Notes under the pieces: generated by a model
Databases searched by the model: none
Seen by the model: only the letters and a program-made list of their open reading frames with translations
What the model was told of the DNA's origin: nothing
From: an uncultured Clostridia bacterium
Lineage (GTDB): Bacteria > Bacillota > Clostridia > TANB77 > CAG-508
Assembly: GCA_944388795.1 (NCBI GenBank)
Contig: CALXKD010000004.1
Coordinates: 9,633-73,632 of the forward strand
Direction: 5' to 3'
DNA: 64,000 nucleotides
Shown here: in pieces, positions 28,361 to 39,705 of the stretch
How positions within the stretch are numbered: position 1 is the stretch's first letter
How the letters are laid out: each line of letters starts with the position of its first letter
Program-made: the position numbers and the translations under genes

Positions 28361-28840
28361 ATGGAAAAAATAAAAGATTTAGCAAAAAAATTTTTAACAA
28401 GAGATATTATATTATATGTAATATTTGGAGTATTAACAACATTAGTTAATATCGGCTCATTTTATGTTATGACAAGTATTTTAAAATGGAATGAGGACTT
28501 ATCTAATTTTATAGCAATTTCCCTAGCAATTTTATTTGCTTATTTTACAAATAAGGATTGGGTATTTCATTCTAAAGCAAAAGGATTCAAAGAAAAATTT
28601 TCTGAATTTTTAAAATTTGTAGCAGGAAGAGCAGTAACAATGGTAATTGAATTTGGAGGATGTTTTATTTTATTTAGAACACCAATTCCACCAATTATCA
28701 GTAAATGTGGAATTAATGTAATTATTGTTATTTTAAATTTTTTAATTAGTAAATTTTATACTTTCAAAGACAAAAAAGATACAAAAACAGAAGAAGAAAA
28801 TAACAATGAGAATCATGAAAAAAGTACAATGGAGAAATAA
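28361..28840 (+). CDS. GtrA family membrane protein
   Basis: 159 aa with four TM segments. YVIFGVLTTLVNIGSFYV and F..NKDWVF are typical GtrA-like motifs. Confidence 0.8.
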   Translation: MEKIKDLAKKFLTRDIILYVIFGVLTTLVNIGSFYVMTSILKWNEDLSNFIAISLAILFAYFTNKDWVFHSKAKGFKEKFSEFLKFVAGRAVTMVIEFGGCFILFRTPIPPIISKCGINVIIVILNFLISKFYTFKDKKDTKTEEENNNENHEKSTMEK

Positions 28841-28845
28841 TAAAT

Positions 28846-31483
28846 ATGGAAAATGCAATGGAAAAAATAAAAGAGAAAACAATAAAATTTTTAAAAAATA
28901 GATATACCATTTTAACATTATTAATTATTGCTATGTACATTGTTTATCTTATTATGACAAAGGTGGTTCCGTTTGGGGATAAAACCATTTTAAAAAGTGA
29001 TGCTTATCAACAATATGTGAACTTTTTTTGTTATTTTAGAGAAGTCTTATTAAATGGAAAAAGTCTATTTATGTCATGGAATTTAGGATTAGGAAATGTT
29101 TTTTTAACCACCTTTGCTTATTATTTAGCATCACCACTTAATTTGTTAGTTGTGTTTTTTAAACCAGAAAATATGTACTGGTTTGTAGAATTCATTACCT
29201 TAATGAAATTAATATTAATTGGAAACTTTTTTATGTTATTCTTAAGCAAATCATACCAATACAAAAAATGGGATGCGGTGCTATTTGGACTTATGTATAC
29301 ATTTTCATGCTATGTTATGAGCTATGGGTTCCATATTATGTGGTTAGATGCTGTTTATATGTTACCAATTGTTTTAATTTTTGTGGACAAATACATAAAA
29401 ACCAAAAAAATCTGTCCATATATAATCGTTTTAGCATATACACTATTTATGAATTATTATATGGGATTTATGGTAGCGTTTTTCTCAGGAATTTATTATT
29501 TGGCAAAATATTATATAGTAAAAAAAGAGAAATTCTTTACCAAAGAAAGTTTATTACAATTTGCTAAGTCATTGTTTAAATTTTTAGTAGGAATTGCGAT
29601 TTCTTTTGGGTTAATTATGTTCTTATTTATACCAAGCTTTATGCAATCAAGTGGGAATATTATAAAAGAACCATTAAAGCTATTTGAGTTTGATATTGAT
29701 AAAATTAGACTATTTTTCAATGTCATTTTCAATAATTATAATTATTTATTTACCCAAAAAGCATGTCTCGTATTTTCGGGAACACTCATTTTATTACTAC
29801 TTCCAACATATTTTATGAATTCGAAAATACCAAAGAGAGAAAAAGTAATGTTTTCACTTGTTACAATTTTCTTATTGCTACCAATTGTGTCTCCATTTTT
29901 AGATAAAATGTGGCATGGATTTGCAAGACCAAATTTCTTTAACTATCGCTATTCTTTTACACTTAGTTTAACATTAATCCTTATGGCATTTAGAGCTTAT
30001 CAAAATCGAGAAGAAATTAAAAAGAAACACTTAATTGTAAGTGGAATTATATTTTTCTTATTAACAGCCATTGAAATTATAATAAAAAAATTAGGCTATT
30101 TAACTTCTGATGGTTATGAAATTTCATATTTCTCAATCATTTTATCTTGTCTAACTTTTATAATTATGTGGATTGTATTTTTTAGGCAAACTATCAGTAA
30201 AAAGAGAAAAGAATTTTGGACGGTTCTTTTAGTAATTGTTGTATGCTTTGATTTAGGGATAGGAATGAGAAATAGTACGATTTCAAATGATAAATATTTT
30301 TCAGAAGAGCAAGTAACAAAGTATGATAAAGCAATGGAAGAATTATTACAACATGTTGAAAATAAAGAAACAGACCGAATTGTATTCATACCAGACAATT
30401 ATGGAAGCAATATGTCATTAAAATATGGTTATAGTAATATCCGGATTTTTTACATCTTCTAGAAACCGAATTACCATCGAAAATATGTATAAATTAGGAT
30501 ATAATATTCAAAGAGCAGAGCAATTATGGATTACTTCATATAGTGGAACCTATTTTAATTATACTTTAGCAGGTGTAAAATATTATATTACAGAAACTCC
30601 TTTAGAAGAGAATGAAGTTTATGGTTTTGAATTAATTGATACTGTGGAGAATTTATATTTATATGAAAATAAAAATATGATTCCATTTGGCTATTTTGTA
30701 AATGAAAATGTATTAGAAGCTGAAAATCCATTTGAAATGCAAAATGAAATTTTATCTAGTATGAATAAAAATGAAAATAGTACTAAAGAAAAATATATGA
30801 AATCATTGGAAGAAGCAGAAGATTTATTAACTTATACAAAGACAGAAGAAGAAAAAGATGGTGAAATTTTATGGAAATATGAAGTAACAGCTAAAAAAGA
30901 TATTAATTTATATGTATATAGTGATTGGGAATTACAACTTTATAAAGAAGGCACACCTCAATTCAAAAAATATGCAGATTTATGGTCAACTGAAGCTGGA
31001 ATTAAAGGAATTAAACACTTAAATGAGGGAGAAACTTATGAGTTTGAAATTGGAGTAGAAGAAGAAACATACAATCCAGAACATATAATCTATCTTTATG
31101 CAACTGATAATGAAAAAATAGAAGAACAAATTCAAGATTTAAATCAAGATGAAAATCAATTTTCTTTAGAGAAAATTGAAAAAAATACCTTGGATGGAAA
31201 GGCTTTCGTAACGAATAAAACCTATCTTGTATTACCAATTGCCTATGATGATGGTTGGAGAGCAACAGTCAATGGAGAACAAGTAGAAGTTCATGGAATG
31301 AGTAATGCATTTTGTGGCATTGAATTAGAACCAGGAGAGTATGAAATTCATTTATATTTTATTCCAAGAGGATTTAAACTAGGAATGCTATTAGCAGGAA
31401 TTTCATTTATAATTTTTATTGGAATTTGGGTATTAGAGAAAGGAAAAATAAAAAATGATAAAAAACATATATCAAAAGTATAA
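28846..31483 (+). pseudogene. YfhO-family membrane glycosyltransferase, interrupted by a frameshift near 30436-30442
   Basis: ORFs 28846-30462 (538 aa) and 30425-31483 (352 aa, +1 frame) together match the intact 860-aa YfhO paralog downstream. The junction reads ...LKYGYSNI / SGFFTSSRNRITIENMYKLGYN, aligning with ...FNYNGVGHSSSTFDQNQVDFMKKIGYN in the paralog. Confidence 0.8.
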
Positions 31484-34037
31484 ATGCTTAATATATATTA
31501 TTTTAGTTGCCACTTGTATGTTTTTATTACAAATGATAATTTGTAAAGTATATCCATTTGGAGAAAAATCTATGATTGCAGGAGATACTGCAGGACAATA
31601 TATTCCATTTTGGGCTTATTTAAGAAATTGCTTCTTTGGAGAGGATTCAGTTTTTTTTACCTTTGCTAAAGGCTTAGGAGGAAATATGATAGGAGTATGG
31701 GCTTATTATCTTATGAGTCCATATAATATCATTTTTCTTTTATTTTCCAATCATTGGATTACAGAAGCAATTATTATTGTTACAGGATTAAAAATAGTAT
31801 CTTGTGCTGTGACAATGTATTTTTTCTTAAGAGAAAAGGTAAGGAATCAATGGATTTTAGCAATTCTATGTCTAAGTTATGCTTTTTGTGGATATAATAT
31901 TACTTACCATATGAATGTTATGTGGATAGATAATCTTATTTTATTACCACTTATGGTATTAGGAGTAGAAAAACTAACAAGCCAAAATAAATATAAGATG
32001 TATGTAATAACTTTAGCGTTATCTTTTATTGTTAATTTTTATACAGGATATGCGGCAGCTATTTTTACAGGACTATATTTCTTGTATGATAACTTATCAC
32101 AAAAGATTGAATGGAAAAAAAGAATAAAACAATTTTTGAAATTTGCATTATATAGTTTATTAGGAATTGGAATAGCGGCGGTTATTTTGTTACCAGTTAT
32201 TTTTACATTACAAACTGGAAAAGGTACAGGATTTACAATTGACTGGGAAACGGCTTTTTCTAGAAACTTTGAATTGCTAAGTTTAGGTGGAAAATTATTA
32301 GTTGGAGCAGTAAATAATGAACAATTAGGAATTGCAGGTTTACCAAATGTTTATGTGGGCTTATTTACACTTTTATTAACAGGAATCTATTTCTTTAATC
32401 CCAATATCTCGATTCGAAAGAAAATTTTTAGCTTAGCCTTTTTAGCAATCGTGATAATTAGTTTTCAAACAAAATTAATTAACTTACTTTGGCACGGATT
32501 AAAAGAGCCTGTAGGTTTTCCATACAGATATTCATTTATTTTATCATTTTTATTGATTGCAATAGCAGCAAAAGCACTAGAAGAAACAAAGAAAAAAGTC
32601 AATTGGAAATGGGTGTTACCTATGACTTTCGTATATATTGCAGTGATATGGTTAATCAAAATGCAAGAAAATTCTTTCTTACAAGAAAACCTAATATACT
32701 TATCTATGTTTTTAATGTTATTTTATGGAATCATGTTATCACTTATTATAAAATATAGAAAAACAATTTTTTCTATTTTACTTGCACTAGTATGTATAAC
32801 AGAGCTCTTAATTAATGCTATTTCTTCATTTAATGGGATGGGACATTCAGGAAGAAATAATTACATGGATGATTTAAAATATTATGATAAAATAGTAGCT
32901 CAGGCAAAAGAATATGATTCTGGCTTCTATAGAATGGAAAAGGAAGAAAATTTCTTTTTGAATGATTCATTATTATTTAATTATAACGGGGTAGGACATT
33001 CAAGTTCAACATTTGACCAAAACCAAGTGGATTTCATGAAAAAAATAGGATATAACTGGTATATTTATTTCCCATCTTATGGCTATGGAAATACGCTTTT
33101 AACGGATAGCATATTTGGAATTCGTTATAAGATAGCAAAAGAACCAGTAAGGTATTATGAACCAGTAAAAGATTTAGAGGAAGGGGCATTATATCAAAAT
33201 AATTATCCTTTAAGTATTGGCTATGTTACCAATAAAAAAATAGAAGAAGTAGATATGAACCAAGATCCTTTTAACATACAAACGGATTTATTAAATCAAA
33301 TAGCAGATTGTAATTTAGAATATTTTAATGATATTCCGGTGAAGAATATGCAAATGGAAGGTGTTACTAAAGAAGGAAATTATTATAAAGGAGAAAAGGA
33401 AAAATCTTATATTGAACTTACCTTTGATATTAGCAGTGTAAAAGAAGAATTATATTTTTGGATTACGACGCCTTATGCTTTAGATGGAAGAGCTTTTAAA
33501 GTATATATAAATGATCAGTACTATGATGAATATTTGGGTATGAATAAAAATGGAATTTTAAAAATTAAAAATGTAGAAGATGAAGACACTTTAAAGCTAA
33601 AATTAGAATTTAATATAAATGATACGATTGAATTAAAAGAATTTATGCTAAAGGAATTAAATTTGACCAATTTTGAAGAAGCATACCAAAAAGTTGAGGA
33701 AAACCAAATACAAAATGTAGAATTTAACAATAGTACATTAAAAGCAACGGCAAATATCGTAGAAGAAAAAAGTTATGTATTTACGACAATTCCTTATGAA
33801 GAAGGATGGAGTTTAGAGGTAAATGGTAAGAAGGCTAATTTGGAGAATTCAAATGGATTTATAACATTTGCATTAGAAAAAGGAGAACAAGAAATTAAAC
33901 TTTCTTATGTACCAAAAGGATTTAAGGAAGGAAGAGTCATTACAGTAATTTCTATTGTGATTTTTATCATTGTAATAAGTTTAAAAAAATGTAAAGAAAA
34001 AAAGAAAACAGAAACTAAAAGTAAAGAGATGGATTAA
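31455..34037 (+). CDS. YfhO-family membrane glycosyltransferase (intact)
   Basis: 860 aa. The N-terminal motif VYPFGEKSMIAGDTAGQYIPFWAYLRN is typical of YfhO. Many TM segments, a large extracytoplasmic C-terminal domain and a terminal TM helix. Confidence 0.85.
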   Translation: MIKNIYQKYKCLIYIILVATCMFLLQMIICKVYPFGEKSMIAGDTAGQYIPFWAYLRNCFFGEDSVFFTFAKGLGGNMIGVWAYYLMSPYNIIFLLFSNHWITEAIIIVTGLKIVSCAVTMYFFLREKVRNQWILAILCLSYAFCGYNITYHMNVMWIDNLILLPLMVLGVEKLTSQNKYKMYVITLALSFIVNFYTGYAAAIFTGLYFLYDNLSQKIEWKKRIKQFLKFALYSLLGIGIAAVILLPVIFTLQTGKGTGFTIDWETAFSRNFELLSLGGKLLVGAVNNEQLGIAGLPNVYVGLFTLLLTGIYFFNPNISIRKKIFSLAFLAIVIISFQTKLINLLWHGLKEPVGFPYRYSFILSFLLIAIAAKALEETKKKVNWKWVLPMTFVYIAVIWLIKMQENSFLQENLIYLSMFLMLFYGIMLSLIIKYRKTIFSILLALVCITELLINAISSFNGMGHSGRNNYMDDLKYYDKIVAQAKEYDSGFYRMEKEENFFLNDSLLFNYNGVGHSSSTFDQNQVDFMKKIGYNWYIYFPSYGYGNTLLTDSIFGIRYKIAKEPVRYYEPVKDLEEGALYQNNYPLSIGYVTNKKIEEVDMNQDPFNIQTDLLNQIADCNLEYFNDIPVKNMQMEGVTKEGNYYKGEKEKSYIELTFDISSVKEELYFWITTPYALDGRAFKVYINDQYYDEYLGMNKNGILKIKNVEDEDTLKLKLEFNINDTIELKEFMLKELNLTNFEEAYQKVEENQIQNVEFNNSTLKATANIVEEKSYVFTTIPYEEGWSLEVNGKKANLENSNGFITFALEKGEQEIKLSYVPKGFKEGRVITVISIVIFIIVISLKKCKEKKKTETKSKEMD

Positions 34038-34062
34038 TTAAAAAATTTAATAAAAATTATTT

Positions 34063-34106
34063 AATAACTGAGATGAAATTGTAAGATTCTGTCTCAGTTA
34101 TTTTCT
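34063..34106 (+). terminator. Rho-independent terminator
   Basis: aataactgaga ...17 nt... tctcagttatt followed by tt. Confidence 0.75.
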
Positions 34107-34263
34107 ACAATAAACTATGAGGGAGTATGTCTTATTTTTCTTATCAAGAACAGTGTCATCAATAACATTATAAAACTGTTTATTGCTCAGAAAAAAGTTG
34201 CAAAAAAAACAATATAATGATAAGATAATGAAGAAAATAATGTCTAAATAGAGGAGAAATTGA

Positions 34264-35358
34264 ATGAAAAAGCTTTTTTTTGCAACACATAACTTAGACT
34301 TAGGTGGAATAGAAACAGCACTTGTTACATTAGTAAATGATTTATCAGAAAAGGGTTATGATATAACGATTGCATTAGAAAAAAAAGAGGGTGTGTTTTT
34401 AGGCAGATTAAGTAACAAAATAAAAGTTGTAGAATATAACACGAACAATAATAAATATGTTATCTTAAGAAAGATATGTAATTTATATAATAGACTAAAA
34501 TTTATGATAAAATATAAAAATAAATTTGACTTTTCAGCAAGTTTTGCGACCTATTCTTTGGCAAGTAGTTTTATGGCAAGAACAGCATCAAAAAATTCAG
34601 CATTGTGGTGTCATGCAGACTATTTGACTTTATACCAAGGAAATAAAGAAGAAGTGAGAGCTTTTTTTAAAAATGTAAGTTGTGAAGAATTTCATCATAT
34701 TGTATTTGTCTCAAAAGAAGGAACAAAGAGTTTTACAGAGATTTTTCCGGATTTAAAAGATAAAGTTATTACCTGTAATAATCTAATAAATGGAAAAGAC
34801 ATTATAGAAAAGGCAAAAGAACCAATTATAGAGGAACATATACAAAAAATAGCCGAGGAAGAGATTCCTATTTTCTTAAACATAGGAAGACATGATGAAA
34901 GACAAAAAAAGTTAACAAGAATCATAGAAGCCTCTAAGAAATTAAAAGAGGAAAGATTTAAATTTAAAGTTATATTTATTGGAGATGGTCAAGATACAGA
35001 TTTATACAAACAAAAGGTAAACGAATACCAACTAGAGGATACAATCCTCTTCTTAGGAAGAAAAGAAAATCCATATCCATATTTTAGGATTAGTGATTGT
35101 ATTATTTTATCTTCTGATTATGAAGGATATCCAGTTGTGTATTTGGAAAGTTTTGTATTACATAAACCAATCATAACGACAAAAGTATCTGATTATGAAC
35201 AAGTAGAAGATGGAAGAGGCATTGTGGTAGAAAAAGATACACAAGCTATCTATATGGCAATGAAAGAATTTATACAAAATGGATATGAACTAAAACGACC
35301 ATTTGATGATCAAACATATAATGAAAACATTGTAAAAACATTAGAAACAATATTTTAA
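34264..35358 (+). CDS. Glycosyltransferase family 4 (GT1-type fold)
   Basis: N-terminus FFATHNLDLGGIETALV. C-terminal FLGRKENPYPYFRISDCIILSSDYEGYPVVYLESFVLHKPIITT is the EX7E region. Confidence 0.8.
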   Translation: MKKLFFATHNLDLGGIETALVTLVNDLSEKGYDITIALEKKEGVFLGRLSNKIKVVEYNTNNNKYVILRKICNLYNRLKFMIKYKNKFDFSASFATYSLASSFMARTASKNSALWCHADYLTLYQGNKEEVRAFFKNVSCEEFHHIVFVSKEGTKSFTEIFPDLKDKVITCNNLINGKDIIEKAKEPIIEEHIQKIAEEEIPIFLNIGRHDERQKKLTRIIEASKKLKEERFKFKVIFIGDGQDTDLYKQKVNEYQLEDTILFLGRKENPYPYFRISDCIILSSDYEGYPVVYLESFVLHKPIITTKVSDYEQVEDGRGIVVEKDTQAIYMAMKEFIQNGYELKRPFDDQTYNENIVKTLETIF

Positions 35359-35366
35359 AAAGAAAG

Positions 35367-36341
35367 ATGGAGAGAATATTGAAAAAATTAAGTGTCATTA
35401 TTCCCGTATATAATGCGGATAAAACATTAAAAAGATGTATGGAATCTGTTTTAAAACAAAAAGATGAAGATTTGGAAATTGTATTAATTAATGATGGAAG
35501 CACAGATGCATCTGATAAAATTATACAAGAATACAAAGAAAAAAATCCCAAAATCATTTCCTATTACAAAAAGAAAAATACAGGGGTTGCCGATACAAGA
35601 AATTATGGAATCAAAAAAGCAAAAGGAACATACATTTTGTTTTTGGATGCAGATGATTATTTAGATATCCATTTATATGGTTTAGTAAAACAATATATGG
35701 AAAAGGGTATTGATTTAATTAAATTTAAATTGCAAAGAGAAAATGAAAAAGGAAAAGTCATAGAAACTGTAGATGGACCTGTGTTTGAAGATAAAACAGG
35801 AGAAGAAGGCTTTGAGGAACTATATGCTACAGATGTTTTATTAGATTCTCCTTGTGTATATGTGATAAAAAAAGACATATTCATAAAAAACAAATTAGAA
35901 TTTAAAGTGGGAACAGAACATGAGGATTTTGGATTAATGCCATTTGTGATTGTACTTGCCAAAACTATGATTTCTATTAATTTTTATGGATATCATTATG
36001 TACAAGTAAAAGGAAGCATTACACGAAATGATAGCTATGAAAAAACAAAGAAAAAAGCAAATGATGCATTAAAACAATATGATGAAGCTTTATTAAAAAT
36101 TGAGAGATATAAATTAAACAAAAAAACGGCAGAAACATTAAAAATTTATTATACAAATGCAATTTTATTAAAAATAGAAACATTAGAGAAAAAAGACCAG
36201 AAGGAATATATAAAAGAAATTAGAAAAAGAAAGATGACAAAAAATATTAAGGCAAAAGATATAAGACAACTATTCAGAAAAATAATGTTAAGCTTAAATA
36301 TAAGATGGTATTTAAGTTTAAGAAGAAAGGTTAAATCATGA
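35367..36341 (+). CDS. Glycosyltransferase family 2
   Basis: LSVIIPVYNADKTL, LINDGSTD, RNYGIKKAKGTYILFLDADD. Confidence 0.85.
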   Translation: MERILKKLSVIIPVYNADKTLKRCMESVLKQKDEDLEIVLINDGSTDASDKIIQEYKEKNPKIISYYKKKNTGVADTRNYGIKKAKGTYILFLDADDYLDIHLYGLVKQYMEKGIDLIKFKLQRENEKGKVIETVDGPVFEDKTGEEGFEELYATDVLLDSPCVYVIKKDIFIKNKLEFKVGTEHEDFGLMPFVIVLAKTMISINFYGYHYVQVKGSITRNDSYEKTKKKANDALKQYDEALLKIERYKLNKKTAETLKIYYTNAILLKIETLEKKDQKEYIKEIRKRKMTKNIKAKDIRQLFRKIMLSLNIRWYLSLRRKVKS

Positions 36342-37324
36342 TAAAGGTTAGTATCATTGTTCCATTTTATAATGTCGAAAACTATATAGAAAAATGTTTG
36401 CAATCTTTGGTAAATCAGACTTTAGAAGATATTGAAATTTTACTTGTGAATGATGGAAGTCAAGATACTTCAGAGGCGATTGCCAAACAATTTGTAGAAA
36501 AATATCCGAATAAAATTATTTATTTGGAAAAAGAAAATGGTGGGTTATCAGATGCTAGAAATTATGCAATTCCACATGCTAAGGGAGAATATATTGCTTT
36601 TTTAGATTCTGATGACTATGTTGAAACCAATATGTATGAAGAAATGTATAATAAAGCGAAAAAAGAAGATTTGGATTATGTAGAATGTGATTTTCTATGG
36701 GAATATCCAGATAAGACATTAGAAAGTAAAGGAAAACAATATAACAATAAAAAAGAGATGTTTATCCATACCAGAGTGGTTGCATGGAATAAATTAATTA
36801 AAAGAGAAATTGTACAAAATAACCATTTAGAGTTCCCAAAAGGATACCGATATGAAGATGTAGAATTCTTCTATAAATTATTACCATTCATACATCATTA
36901 TGGGATTGTTCAAAAACCATTGATTCATTATGTACAAAGAGAAAATTCTATTTCAAATGTACAAAATACAAGGACAAAAGAAATTATTGATGTTTTGGGG
37001 CATGTTATAGAATATTACAAAGAGAATAACTTGTTTGAAGAATATCAAAAGGAAATAGAGTATACCTATGCAAGATATATTTTATGTAGTTCTATGCTTA
37101 GAATGGTGATGATTGAAGATAAAAAGGAAAGAAGAGAAATCATTAATATGGCATGGAAATCATTAAATACACAATTTGTAAATTGGAAGAAAAATACTTA
37201 TTTAAAGAACAAAGGGTTAAAAAATTTATATATGAGAAGTGTTAATAATTTTACATTAAAAATATATACAAGCTTAGCAAGAATGAAATTTGTAAGAGAT
37301 AAATTACAGGAAAAGTTTGTGTAA
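36338..37324 (+). CDS. Glycosyltransferase family 2
   Basis: VSIIVPFYNVENYI, LVNDGSQD, ARNYAIPHAKGEYIAFLDSDD. Overlaps the previous stop by 4 nt. Confidence 0.85.
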   Translation: MIKVSIIVPFYNVENYIEKCLQSLVNQTLEDIEILLVNDGSQDTSEAIAKQFVEKYPNKIIYLEKENGGLSDARNYAIPHAKGEYIAFLDSDDYVETNMYEEMYNKAKKEDLDYVECDFLWEYPDKTLESKGKQYNNKKEMFIHTRVVAWNKLIKREIVQNNHLEFPKGYRYEDVEFFYKLLPFIHHYGIVQKPLIHYVQRENSISNVQNTRTKEIIDVLGHVIEYYKENNLFEEYQKEIEYTYARYILCSSMLRMVMIEDKKERREIINMAWKSLNTQFVNWKKNTYLKNKGLKNLYMRSVNNFTLKIYTSLARMKFVRDKLQEKFV

Positions 37325-37334
37325 AAGGAGAAAT

Positions 37335-38441
37335 ATGAAAAAAATAGTATTTGGAATAACCAGTTTAACGTTAGGAGGAGCAGAGAGAGTATTAGTGGAT
37401 ATGGTAAATCAATTAAGTGATACATTTGATATTACGATATTTACGATTTATGGAAAAGGCGAACTGGAAAAGAGTTTAAATAAGAATATAAAAGTAAAAA
37501 GGCTATTTGATAAACCATATAAGAAATTTAGCAGATTTGAAAAAATCAAAATATCATTAAAAATCTTATGCTTTCAAAAGCAATATTACAAAACATATAT
37601 ACAAGGCGATTATGATATAGAAATAGCTTTCTTAGAAGGACCAATTACAAGGCTATTTAGTACGAAAAATAAAAAAACGAGAAAAATTGCATGGATCCAT
37701 AATGATATTTCAAAAGTATATGGAAATGGTTTAAAAGCAAAATTAAAGTTAATGATAGATAGAAGAATTTATAATCAATATCAAAAATTAATATTTGTTA
37801 GCAAAGACAATAAAGAAGTGTTTGATATACGATATCCAAACATGAAACCGACAGAAGAGGTTATCTATAATTATATAGATGCACAAAAGGTAATAGAAAA
37901 AGCAGAAGAAAAGATAGATTTTTCATTTGATGCTCGTCAAATGAATTTCTTGACGGTTGCAAGGTTAGTAAAACAAAAAGGAATTGATAGATTAATTCGT
38001 GTTCATAGAGAATTAATTGCAAACCATTATAATCATAAATTTTATATCATTGGTGATGGACCAGAAAGACAAGCCCTAGAAAAACTCATTAAGGATGAAC
38101 ATTTAGAAAAAACATTTTTTTTATTAGGTGCAAAAGAAAATCCATATCCATATATGAAGCAAACAGATATCTTTTGCCTACTTTCTAAATTTGAAGGCTA
38201 TGGAATGGTTTTAGAAGAAGCAAAAATTTTAAATAAACCTATTCTCATTACCAATACTGCAGCAAGAGAAGCAGTAGAAAATTATAAAAATGCAATGATT
38301 GTGGAAAATGATGAACATGAAATTTATAATAAACTAAAATATATCATTGAAAACAATATAAGGACATTTGATGATGAAAAACAAACATATGAGAATCATC
38401 ATATCATAAAACAATTAGAAAAATTATTAAAGGAAGAATAA
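37335..38441 (+). CDS. Glycosyltransferase family 4
   Basis: Start at ATG 37335 behind AAAGGAG. GITSLTLGGAERVLVD. C-terminal LLGAKENPYPYMKQTDIFCLLSKFEGYGMVLEEAKILNKPILIT. Confidence 0.82.
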   Translation: MKKIVFGITSLTLGGAERVLVDMVNQLSDTFDITIFTIYGKGELEKSLNKNIKVKRLFDKPYKKFSRFEKIKISLKILCFQKQYYKTYIQGDYDIEIAFLEGPITRLFSTKNKKTRKIAWIHNDISKVYGNGLKAKLKLMIDRRIYNQYQKLIFVSKDNKEVFDIRYPNMKPTEEVIYNYIDAQKVIEKAEEKIDFSFDARQMNFLTVARLVKQKGIDRLIRVHRELIANHYNHKFYIIGDGPERQALEKLIKDEHLEKTFFLLGAKENPYPYMKQTDIFCLLSKFEGYGMVLEEAKILNKPILITNTAAREAVENYKNAMIVENDEHEIYNKLKYIIENNIRTFDDEKQTYENHHIIKQLEKLLKEE

Positions 38442-38442
38442 T

Positions 38443-39351
38443 ATGAAATTATCAATTATTACACCAACTTATAACAGAGCTGATATGCTTGGCAATTTAT
38501 ATAAGAGTATTGTTAAAAATCTAGAATTTTGTCAGGAATATAAAAAGAATATCCAAGTGCAATGGTTAATTGTGGATGATGGGTCTAACGACAATACCAA
38601 AGAGGTTGTCAGTCAGTATATAAATGAAAGCAAACTAGAAATACAATATTATAAACAAGAAAATCAAGGAAAGATGGCAGCCATTAACCATGCTATTCCA
38701 TATGTTAATGGAGAATTAATTGTAGAATGTGATTCTGACGATGTATTTTCGGATAATGCATTTTTAGATATTTTACAGGCTTATGGAGAAACAAAGGAAA
38801 GAAAAGATTTGTATGGATTATGTTTTCTAAAATATGACTTAAAAGGAAATAATATTGGAAACCGATTTCAAAAAGAAGAAACTACCATGTTTGACCTATA
38901 TTTCAAAGAACAAGAAACAGGGGAAAAGGCCATTGTATTTTTTACAGATATTCGAAAGCAATATACATACAAAATTGAAAATCATGAAAAGTTTTCAACA
39001 GAGGCCAGAATGTACCACGAAATGGATTTAAAATACAAAATAAAGTGTATGAATAAACCGATTATGCTATGTGATTATAAAGAAGATGGATACACAAAAA
39101 ATATTAGAAAAATTTTTAAAGAAAATCCTTATGGACATCTTTCTTATTTTAAAGAAATATTAGAAGAGCATGATATGACAGGAGTACCTTTTCAAAAAAG
39201 ACTATATGTTATTAAACATTATATTTTATTTAGTTATTTAACAAAACAATATGGCATAGGGAATATAAAAGGGATGAAAAACAAAATAATATATATACTT
39301 CTATTTATTCCTGGAATGATAAAAAGTTATTATTTTAAGAATAAGAAATAA
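38443..39351 (+). CDS. Glycosyltransferase family 2
   Basis: LSIITPTYNRADML, IVDDGSND, ECDSDD. Confidence 0.8.
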   Translation: MKLSIITPTYNRADMLGNLYKSIVKNLEFCQEYKKNIQVQWLIVDDGSNDNTKEVVSQYINESKLEIQYYKQENQGKMAAINHAIPYVNGELIVECDSDDVFSDNAFLDILQAYGETKERKDLYGLCFLKYDLKGNNIGNRFQKEETTMFDLYFKEQETGEKAIVFFTDIRKQYTYKIENHEKFSTEARMYHEMDLKYKIKCMNKPIMLCDYKEDGYTKNIRKIFKENPYGHLSYFKEILEEHDMTGVPFQKRLYVIKHYILFSYLTKQYGIGNIKGMKNKIIYILLFIPGMIKSYYFKNKK

Positions 39352-39705
39352 ACATATTCTTTACAAGAAATATATTTATTGATATAATAAAAAAGTAGTT
39401 AAAGGAAATCTAGCAACTACTATGGAAATTATTATATCTATTCTGTTTGCCTATTGCCTATTTTACCAATCTTAAAATGCTATTTAATTCTACAGAAGAA
39501 ACTACAAAAGAAAAATGAACAGAATTTTTATTAGAAAGATCTTTTACGATACTATAAGAATGATAGGAGTATTTTTACTTTATACAGTACTAAATATAGA
39601 CTATGTTATAACAAAAGTAACCATGACCTGTCATTGCTATTATACTAAACTTTTTATAAGTGAATTTTTTTGCATTTAAAACAAATAAATAAGGAAGTGA
39701 AAACA

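Noticed and set aside
30425-30462. Programmed +1 ribosomal frameshift joining the two YfhO halves
   Set aside because: There is no recognisable slippery or rare-codon stall context at the inferred junction (agtaatatccgga). Loss of an AT unit, or a sequencing error, is the simpler explanation.
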